Source: Promethearchaeota archaeon (GTDB lineage: Archaea > Asgardarchaeota > Lokiarchaeia > Sigyniarchaeales > SOKP01). From it: a stretch of DNA of 64,000 nucleotides. Position 1 is the first letter of the stretch; each line of letters begins with the position of its first letter. The stretch is taken from the NCBI GenBank assembly GCA_048940925.1, contig JBHLOC010000005.1, positions 48,978-112,977 on the forward strand, written 5' to 3'. Positions 56,973-64,000 of the stretch are shown piece after piece. The translations under genes and the position numbers were made by a program. Below the pieces are notes generated by a model. That model saw nothing but the letters and a program-made list of their open reading frames with translations. It did no database searches and had not been told where the DNA came from.

Positions 56973-58499
56973 TTAAAGGATTTCACTAATGTCTCGATAT
57001 AATAAATCCTTATTAGATTGAAATTGTTCATGTGAAATAAAAAGTTGTTGAAATGAAGCTAAACTTCCCAATACAGCAGCACCTATAAAGATTGCAAACT
57101 GAAGATTATCAGGAACAAAAAATTTAAGAACTTTACTTGATTCTGAAAGATATTCAGTAAACTCTTGAGCTGCAGTTTTCTCATCTAAATCTTCAGAACC
57201 TGTGGTTTTTTCTAGACCCTCCATAGATCTTCCACAATACGGGCAAAATAGTGAACTAATATCAGCAATTTCTTTTTTGCAATAAGGACATTTCCCTGTC
57301 TCTGTTTTTGAACCCTCTTTTTTAGTTGCTAAATCAATTTTTATTTCAGGCAAGATTAATGTTCCACCACATTCAGGACAATATTCCTTTCCGTCAGATA
57401 TATCAATAGTTGCCCCACAATGGTGACATGTGTCTTTATCTTTTCTTTTCGAAGTCTCCACTGCTTTGAGTTTTAATAAATCATTTTTAACAGTAGATAA
57501 TGTCGGTTTAGGTCTAGGAATTGGGCCAAGTTGAGGCAAAATTACATTTAGTTCGCTTTCAAATCTTTCTTCAAAACCACTATATGAGAGATTCCCTCCT
57601 GAAAATACAATATGAGATAAAAGTTCGTGCCAATAATTCTTATCAAGAACTTTTAAGCAAGCGATTACAGCCTGAGGAATATTCATTACATTACTATAAC
57701 CTACCATTCCAGGATTAAACAGAGCTTCAGGAGCTTGATGAAGGATATAATTAGGGATATTTATAGTTGATCCATCAGGCATAGAAACAGTAAAAGTCTC
57801 ACTCACGTTTGGTGGTTTATTTGGATCTAAAATAAAATAACAATTTTTTTCCTTAATATCTTGGATAATTTCATCAGCAGCACTCGATGCTATACTAATT
57901 CCTTCTCTCATTAATAAATTTTTTAGATTATGATTAACATCTACTCCAGCAAGAGGTATTTTTTGAACAGCATGTTGTATTATTTGGCCATTTACTATCG
58001 GTACGATCCAAGTTAGACCATCTCCTGATTCGATCACTAACCCTGTCGTTAATCCAACACTAAATAATGATAATAAGGGTGTTGGCATCATAATTAGACT
58101 TTTTACACGATGAGTTTCAAAAAAAAGCCTTGCTATATATTCTTTGGTTTCTTTTTGTATAAATGGAGGTTCACAATAGAATACCGGATAATCTGCTAAA
58201 TTTTCAACTCTTAATAAGGAATAAAAAATATAGTTCAATATTTCATAAAATGCTTCCCAGTCCATAATATTACCCCTATTAAGGGGATGTTTAATCTTGA
58301 GAACTCCACGCATCTTAGCAGCATCTTGCCCTACATATATACTCCTAGCACTTACATCTACCATAACAGATTTATATTTTTCAGTACCAGTTATACAAGG
58401 AAATACAAATCTAGGAGTGGGTTCTCCCGCAAAACCAATTTTCACATAAGCAGAGCCTATATCAATAATAATTGGTGTTCCAGGTGATGGTAAAGCCAT
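56973..58499 (-). CDS. actin-family (actin-related) protein with a double zinc-ribbon insertion
   Basis: IIDIGSAYVKIGFAGEPTPRFVFP, TTGLVIESGDG, IKEKNCY, APEALFNP, VFSGG, FIGAAVLGSLASFQQLFIS; insert has CHHC/CPEC/CPYC/CPYC. Confidence 0.92.
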   Translation of the reverse strand: MALPSPGTPIIIDIGSAYVKIGFAGEPTPRFVFPCITGTEKYKSVMVDVSARSIYVGQDAAKMRGVLKIKHPLNRGNIMDWEAFYEILNYIFYSLLRVENLADYPVFYCEPPFIQKETKEYIARLFFETHRVKSLIMMPTPLLSLFSVGLTTGLVIESGDGLTWIVPIVNGQIIQHAVQKIPLAGVDVNHNLKNLLMREGISIASSAADEIIQDIKEKNCYFILDPNKPPNVSETFTVSMPDGSTINIPNYILHQAPEALFNPGMVGYSNVMNIPQAVIACLKVLDKNYWHELLSHIVFSGGNLSYSGFEERFESELNVILPQLGPIPRPKPTLSTVKNDLLKLKAVETSKRKDKDTCHHCGATIDISDGKEYCPECGGTLILPEIKIDLATKKEGSKTETGKCPYCKKEIADISSLFCPYCGRSMEGLEKTTGSEDLDEKTAAQEFTEYLSESSKVLKFFVPDNLQFAIFIGAAVLGSLASFQQLFISHEQFQSNKDLLYRDISEIL

Positions 58500-58603
58500 G
58501 TGGTATCAATTTTAAATATTTTTTTCTACTTCTTAATACTTATCAGATATTTTGAGTATAAATAGTTTTATTTTTATTTTATTATAAATAAGAATTCTTT
58601 TAA

Positions 58604-59026
58604 TTATTTTTTCATATATTTAAAAAGGATTTGAAGAATCTCATTCTGTAAAACCAGACCAATAAGTTCATTACTTTCATTTACCACTGGAAGGCGTTGT
58701 ATTTTTTTTTTTAACATTTTTTCTAATACATGCATTAATGTATCATTTTTTTTTACAACAAAAGGCTCTGAAGTCATCAAATCTTTAACTTTTGTATTAG
58801 GAGATTCTAAACTCATAGCAAATCTTGCTAGACGAATATCTCTTTGTGTGATAATGCCAATTAACTCTTTTGTTTTAGAATCTTTTACAACAGGAAGTCC
58901 TCCTATATTTTTTCTTACCATTAAAAGTTCTGTTATGCTGATTTTCTCATCTGGGGTTATGTAGACAGGATTTTTAATCATAACGTCTGTTACTTGGATT
59001 TGGCTGAATTGTTCTAAGCGGTCCAT
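58604..59026 (-). CDS. CBS-domain pair protein
   Basis: VTDVM..NP, IGGLPVV, GIITQRD, VKDLMT, IQRLPVV. Confidence 0.9.
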   Translation of the reverse strand: MDRLEQFSQIQVTDVMIKNPVYITPDEKISITELLMVRKNIGGLPVVKDSKTKELIGIITQRDIRLARFAMSLESPNTKVKDLMTSEPFVVKKNDTLMHVLEKMLKKKIQRLPVVNESNELIGLVLQNEILQILFKYMKK

Positions 59027-59090
59027 GATTGAAAATTTGTTTTTTTAATTAATACGATAAAAATTAATAATTTGTGAAATTAAAATTTAT

Positions 59091-59480
59091 TTATTCGTGT
59101 GCTCTTACTTTTTCTCCAAGTTTTCGTTCAATTTTTTCAATTTCGACCAAATAATCATTATAAGTTTTCAAGAGATAGTGACCCCAATTATTTAATTTTA
59201 TCCAACCTCCACCACCACTTCCTCCTTTACCCGTTATCACTACAGACATCCCTGTTCTTTTTTCAATTCTTTTTAAAATATTCCATGCATATTTATAGGA
59301 ATAATTACACTCTTTAGCTGCTTGAGTTAATGATCCATCTTTATTTCTTTCAATATTTTCAAGTAATTTAGCCCAGCCTGTACCTAAAATACTTTTATTC
59401 TCAAATTTTAACCAAAATTTTATTCCATAACTGATTTTAGATTTTAATATTTCAATATTAGGTTCATTTTCAGTTAGCAT
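59091..59480 (-). CDS. ModE N-terminal-like winged-helix regulator
   Basis: KFWL...LG.G.AKLLENI...GSLTQAAK...SYKYAW...GGSGGGG. Confidence 0.85.
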   Translation of the reverse strand: MLTENEPNIEILKSKISYGIKFWLKFENKSILGTGWAKLLENIERNKDGSLTQAAKECNYSYKYAWNILKRIEKRTGMSVVITGKGGSGGGGWIKLNNWGHYLLKTYNDYLVEIEKIERKLGEKVRAHE

Positions 59481-59577
59481 TATTATTATTTATTTATTTT
59501 CTAAATTTATATCTTTTAACGGAAAAACATTAAAATAAAAGTATTTTTTTTTATAGGAAAGTTTGGTGTAAAAAATT

Positions 59578-60327
59578 ATGTTTTTTTTCAAAGATGATTC
59601 TGAGAAAACAGGTAGAGAAGTTATTAAAAACCTATATTACTTCTCAGAAAATCAAATGCTCGATTGTAATCAATACATTATTGAAGATCAGAGTTCTAAT
59701 GAGTTAACTTTATTCGATGCTGGTAATGGAATTTCAATGAAAGGTCTATTTAAAGGTATGGAAAAGTTTGATCTAAAATTTGAAAATATTACAAGAGTAT
59801 TTTTAACACATGAACATGTTGACCATGTTTTAGGCGTTTATAAATTAATGAAAATTTTGGGAGATCATCCTCCAGAAATTTTTGCTTATGGTGAAACTGC
59901 AAATATTCTAGAAAAAGGAGAGGAACGAAAGATTTTACCGATTGTATTCGGTTTAACTGCAAGAAGATTCGATGTTGAGATAATTCCTCTAAAAATTAAT
60001 GATTTAAGTAATATAAAAGAGATTAAAATAACACCAGAATTTAAATTTGAAATTATATATACCCCGGGTCATTCTTTAGGGTCAATTTGTTATTATGAAC
60101 ATGAAAAAAAAGTATTAATACCTGGAGATTTAGTCTTTACTGGAGGTAGTTTTGGGAGATATGATTTTCCAGGGGGATCATTAAATAAATTGATAAATTC
60201 AATTAAACATATCAATAATTTAGATGTAAAGTATTTACTTCCTGGTCATATGGGAATTAGCGATAGCGGTAACCAACAAATTGCATATTCTTATAGAATG
60301 ATACAGTCTATTAGTTCCTTTTATTAA
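59578..60327 (+). CDS. metallo-beta-lactamase fold hydrolase
   Basis: THEHVDH, TPGHS, GDLVF, PGH. Confidence 0.9.
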   Translation: MFFFKDDSEKTGREVIKNLYYFSENQMLDCNQYIIEDQSSNELTLFDAGNGISMKGLFKGMEKFDLKFENITRVFLTHEHVDHVLGVYKLMKILGDHPPEIFAYGETANILEKGEERKILPIVFGLTARRFDVEIIPLKINDLSNIKEIKITPEFKFEIIYTPGHSLGSICYYEHEKKVLIPGDLVFTGGSFGRYDFPGGSLNKLINSIKHINNLDVKYLLPGHMGISDSGNQQIAYSYRMIQSISSFY

Positions 60328-60460
60328 ATTCTTAAAAAAATAAAAAATAGATTTTGATTCAGCCTCACAAATTTATTTTAGGTTAGTAGTTATTTTTTTT
60401 AAGTTAAGAATTATATAAGATTGTGAGAAATGCATAATAGAGAAAATAAAAATCTGAACT

Positions 60461-61135
60461 GTGTCTATGATGGGAGATCAAATGGAAAATAAAGAGAATT
60501 TTTTAGGAAAAGATGAAATTATTTTAAGGAGTTATCCAAAAGCAATATTTTTCACACCCTTATTTGTGATTTCAATTGTATTTTGGATTATTCAAGCTTT
60601 TCTACCCTCTTTGAATCCTTGGTTAGGGGCGATTTGGGTTATTATTTTTTTCTCAAATTTCGCTATATCATCATTAGATTTTCCATCAACTCGATTTATA
60701 ATTGTAATTTTAATAACTCTTATTGGGGTATTGCTTTTGATATTTCTTGGTTTGATTCCTACTTTAACGCAATTAGGGTCAAATATAAACTTAGGCTTAC
60801 CAGCAGAATTTTATATGATAATAACCATTATTCTAGGCATTATTTTAGGCTTAGTTTTTCTTGGCTCAAGATTTGATTATTATAAATTAGAGAGGAATGA
60901 AGTTATTCATAAAAAAGGAATTTACTCTACGCATATTGAGCGATTTCCAGTAAGAGGGTTACGAATTAAAAAGCATATTCCTGATGTTTTTGAATATCTA
61001 TTATTTAGAGCAGGGTCATTAACTTTAATGTTTTCCAAAGGTGAAATAGCTCATTTAAATACGGTTCTCAATGTTAAAAAGAAAGCTGAACAAATTGATT
61101 TTCTCTTAAGTAGTTTGCATGTAATGATTGAATAA
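60461..61135 (+). CDS. 4-TM membrane protein with C-terminal PH-like soluble domain, paralog 1
   Basis: LRSYPK, four hydrophobic helices, YYKLERNEVIHKKG...IPDVFEYLLFRAG. Confidence 0.7.
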   Translation: MSMMGDQMENKENFLGKDEIILRSYPKAIFFTPLFVISIVFWIIQAFLPSLNPWLGAIWVIIFFSNFAISSLDFPSTRFIIVILITLIGVLLLIFLGLIPTLTQLGSNINLGLPAEFYMIITIILGIILGLVFLGSRFDYYKLERNEVIHKKGIYSTHIERFPVRGLRIKKHIPDVFEYLLFRAGSLTLMFSKGEIAHLNTVLNVKKKAEQIDFLLSSLHVMIE

Positions 61136-61355
61136 CTAATATCTGGAATTAAAACATTCAATAAAGAAATATAACAGTATTTTTTGAAACTCTTTTTTAT
61201 AGATTTTGGAAGAATAATTGAAGAATAGGATCAGTTAGATTAAGTTTTAAGTTAACTCTATAAGATACTAATATTTAAATAACACATCTATCTATTATTT
61301 TAATAATCCTTTCTTTAATAAAAAAATATAAAAGAAAAATATTAGTGATAAATTT

Positions 61356-62030
61356 ATGTCTGAAACTCAAAAAAAATATCCCAGCGAGATTTACCTACGA
61401 TCTTATCCAAAAATAATTTTCTTCTGGCCACTGCTCATAACAAGCTTCATTTTATGGATGATTCAAGCATTGATGGGTCCGGATGCAGATACTTCTGTAT
61501 TAGGTTATGTTTGGTTCATTGTGTTCTTTGTAAATATATTCGTAATTGCTTTTGATTTCTCCTCAACAAAATTCTTTGTATTAATATTAGCTATTGTTAT
61601 TATCATCTTAGTTGTAGTTTTTTTAGTTTTGCCAAATTTCGCAGTGGATATTGGAGGCTTGCCTAGACTTAATATATCTTTACCATGGGCCTTCTATATG
61701 ATCATGACAGTAATTTTAGCTATAATACTGGGGATAGTATTCATTAGCGCCAGATTCGAATATTATAAGATTGAAAGAAACGAGATTTTTCATAAAACAG
61801 GAATTTTTAGCTCAGCTGAGAGATTTCCAGTGAAAAGTTTACGATTTAAAAAAGAAATTCCTGATGTATTTGAGTTCTTCATGCTTCGTGCGGGAAAATT
61901 GACTATAATGCCGGGAAAGGCAGATGAGGTTATGATCCTTAATACTGTGCTCAACATAAATAAAAGGGAAGAGGAATTAGATTGGCTCTTAAGCCATATT
62001 TCTGTTGAGCCTGATGAAATTGATGCTTAA
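61356..62030 (+). CDS. 4-TM membrane protein with C-terminal PH-like soluble domain, paralog 2
   Basis: Colinear with paralog 1 (LRSYPK, YYKIERNEIFHKTG, IPDVFEFFMLRAG). Confidence 0.72.
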   Translation: MSETQKKYPSEIYLRSYPKIIFFWPLLITSFILWMIQALMGPDADTSVLGYVWFIVFFVNIFVIAFDFSSTKFFVLILAIVIIILVVVFLVLPNFAVDIGGLPRLNISLPWAFYMIMTVILAIILGIVFISARFEYYKIERNEIFHKTGIFSSAERFPVKSLRFKKEIPDVFEFFMLRAGKLTIMPGKADEVMILNTVLNINKREEELDWLLSHISVEPDEIDA

Positions 62031-62137
62031 GGGATTCTAAAAATAAATTTATTTACTTTTTTTTAATTTTAATTCTTTTGACATTAGCAATAATTATAGA
62101 TAAATTTAATTATTTAACTGCACTTTTTAATACACTA

Positions 62138-62863
62138 ATGTCTCATCTACCAATAATTTTGTTTGATTTTGACGGGGTAATTATAACACATAAATCTCTT
62201 GAGTATACTGCTTCAATTTTTTTGAAAAATGAATTTTATAAATGGAAAAACATAGAAAATATGAGATTGATCGATTTTGCACGACTTTTTGAAGAAGCAG
62301 ATTCAGAAAATAAGATACTAGCATTAAAAAGAATAATCAAAATATATAAAGAGTATATCCCAAGTAGATGGAGGAGAGTTCTATTTATTATAAGATTCCG
62401 ACGAATATATCCTAAATTTGAGAAATATGAGACATTAAAGCCAAATTTAGAGGAAATTTTGAGAAAATTAAAAAAAAGCAAAATACCTCTAGCAATAGTA
62501 TCTAATACTAGTGGGAAAAGACTTAATCGTTTTAGACAAAAATTGAATTTAGATAAATATATTTCTATTTTTATTTCTCGGGATGATACTCCTTTTAGGA
62601 AACCAAGTGCCTATCCTATATATATAGCACTTCGTAAGATCAAAGAAAACCATAAATTTTCAATAAATAAAGAATTGGTTTATTATGTTGGTGATCTTCC
62701 TCAAGATGTTTTATGTGCAAAGAATGCAAAAATCAATAGCATAGCTTTATTATCTGGTCATGGAACTAAGGAAAGTTTAGAAAAAGTTAAGCCCACTTTT
62801 TTATTTCAAAATATTAAGGATATCGTGGAAATTGGAAAAATAAAAAAATTCTTATTAAATTAA
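62138..62863 (+). CDS. HAD-superfamily hydrolase (phosphoglycolate phosphatase-like)
   Basis: LFDFDGVI, IVSNT, KP, YVGDLPQD; probable ATG at 62138. Confidence 0.88.
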   Translation: MSHLPIILFDFDGVIITHKSLEYTASIFLKNEFYKWKNIENMRLIDFARLFEEADSENKILALKRIIKIYKEYIPSRWRRVLFIIRFRRIYPKFEKYETLKPNLEEILRKLKKSKIPLAIVSNTSGKRLNRFRQKLNLDKYISIFISRDDTPFRKPSAYPIYIALRKIKENHKFSINKELVYYVGDLPQDVLCAKNAKINSIALLSGHGTKESLEKVKPTFLFQNIKDIVEIGKIKKFLLN

Positions 62864-62882
62864 TTATTATATTACCATAAAT

Positions 62883-64000
62883 ATGTTCAATCTTGAAGAT
62901 TTCAAAGATACTCTTATTCTTGAGAAAGTTGATAAACTTAACAAATTATTTGATAAAAATAAGCTTTCAAAAATTTCAAAAGTAATTGAAGAATTTGAGT
63001 ATTTGTTGGATCAGCAAAAGTATGTGATACCTATTTCTTATATTCTAAGCGTGTTAGCAGAAAATAATATTAATTTAATTTCTGAAGATTTAATTAAGAA
63101 GATAGATGCTTATTTAGATTCTGAAAATGAAAAATTACGAGTCAATTCCATTATAGTAATCGGCTTTTCTATGATGGCGAATCCAAAATTCCTCAATAAG
63201 TATTTTTACAAGATAGCAAGGTTATTATTAGATGATTCTATAGATATAAGAAATAATGTTCATTACTTTTTATTACCGTTAGTGTTAAATAATCCAAATT
63301 TAGCAGATTCAATTAAAAAAATTTTAATTGAAAGTCTTTTATTAGAAGAATCTAAAGAGAATATAATATCCCTTTTGAGTGCACTTGAAAAGTGTACAGA
63401 TTTAGATTTTGATCTGTTATATTATTTTAGAAATATTTCAAAATCACTCATATCCTCGTTAAAAGATTATCAAACATCAAAAATTTATGAAAAATTATTA
63501 TTACTAATGAAGAAATATTTTCCTGTCTTATTTAATAGAGAATTAGAAAAAATTAGTATCGAAGAGCTAACTAATTTATTGGAAAATCACGTATTAATGA
63601 AAAAGTATAATTTTTCTCAAATTTCTAAAAATACTGGTTTAAGACTAAAAGAATATCTTAATAAATTTAAAAATTCTCCGTTGAAAGATAAGAAGATCTA
63701 TTTCTATGTCAAAACATTAGAAAACAGCGTATTTATTTATGAACTGGAAAAAGAAAAAATCTTACATTTTTTCGATGAGAATATGAAGATTCCTCAGGAG
63801 AAAATTATCGAAAAATTTTCTCCAATAATTACAGATAAAACAGAATTAGCAGTTTTTATTAAGACTCTAATTAGTTTAAAGATAATTAATGGCTATTATT
63901 CAAACATTGGTTATTTTTATCCGTATGGGCATATAAAAGCAAATATTTTAAATGATTTGAATAATAATGGCGTTATAAAATTAAGGAAATATAATTTCCT
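62883..64000 (+). CDS. HEAT/ARM-like helical protein, truncated by window end
   Basis: Not in ORF track. Reads open from ATG 62883 (MFNLEDFKDTLILEKVD...YLDSENEKLRVNSIIVIG...LLLDDSIDIRNNVHYFL) to the window edge. Confidence 0.65.
   Translation, partial: MFNLEDFKDTLILEKVDKLNKLFDKNKLSKISKVIEEFEYLLDQQKYVIPISYILSVLAENNINLISEDLIKKIDAYLDSENEKLRVNSIIVIGFSMMANPKFLNKYFYKIARLLLDDSIDIRNNVHYFLLPLVLNNPNLADSIKKILIESLLLEESKENIISLLSALEKCTDLDFDLLYYFRNISKSLISSLKDYQTSKIYEKLLLLMKKYFPVLFNRELEKISIEELTNLLENHVLMKKYNFSQISKNTGLRLKEYLNKFKNSPLKDKKIYFYVKTLENSVFIYELEKEKILHFFDENMKIPQEKIIEKFSPIITDKTELAVFIKTLISLKIINGYYSNIGYFYPYGHIKANILNDLNNNGVIKLRKYNF

Noticed and set aside
3576-62481. Short ORF-track entries antisense to or nested in long genes (e.g. 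3576-3761, 4581-4814, 7216-7599, 11444-11764, 17491-17817, 32710-33177, 35128-35421, 60583-60876, 62236-62481)
   Set aside because: Shadow ORFs overlapping well-supported genes, with no recognisable motifs.
1-64000. tRNA, rRNA, IS elements, integrases, proviral genes
   Set aside because: No GC-rich structured intergenic islands and no transposase, integrase or capsid motifs were seen by eye; tRNAscan-SE/Infernal would be needed to exclude small RNAs.

Overview
AT-rich, gene-dense archaeal chromosome segment, most likely from an Asgard archaeon (Lokiarchaeia-like). This is an inference from archaeal housekeeping genes (EndA-family splicing endonuclease, PIN-ATPase, ASH-Ski2-type helicase) occurring together with eukaryotic-signature proteins (actin-family protein, ubiquitin-like protein, two longin-like proteins, Rab-like GTPase, many LRRs, SIRT6-like sirtuins). 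I saw no rRNA, tRNA, CRISPR array or transposase. The best candidate for an undescribed system is at 0.3-9.6 kb. It starts with two translationally coupled, paralogous soluble LRR-TIR proteins. One has an intact TIR catalytic motif (SVDCAHEL, Glu656). The other has a degenerate pseudo-TIR and a 250-aa Q-rich repeat domain inserted in its LRR N-cap, a layout reminiscent of a sensor/executor immune-receptor pair. The pair is transcribed divergently from a membrane-anchored WD40 protein coupled to a nicotinamidase-fold protein whose catalytic triad is replaced, and nadA follows. Other notable items: three genes that appear to need non-canonical ATC/ATA/ATT starts, an actin-related protein with a double zinc-ribbon insertion, an RHH-HisKA-REC regulator lacking a kinase domain and preceded by tandem repeats, a ubiquitin-like precursor ending GG-RFS, a catalytically degenerate EndA, a 1752-aa FG-GAP/integrin-alpha-like surface protein with an ABC transporter, and an unannotated 53-aa ORF. 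All domain calls are by-eye motif recognition, not database results.
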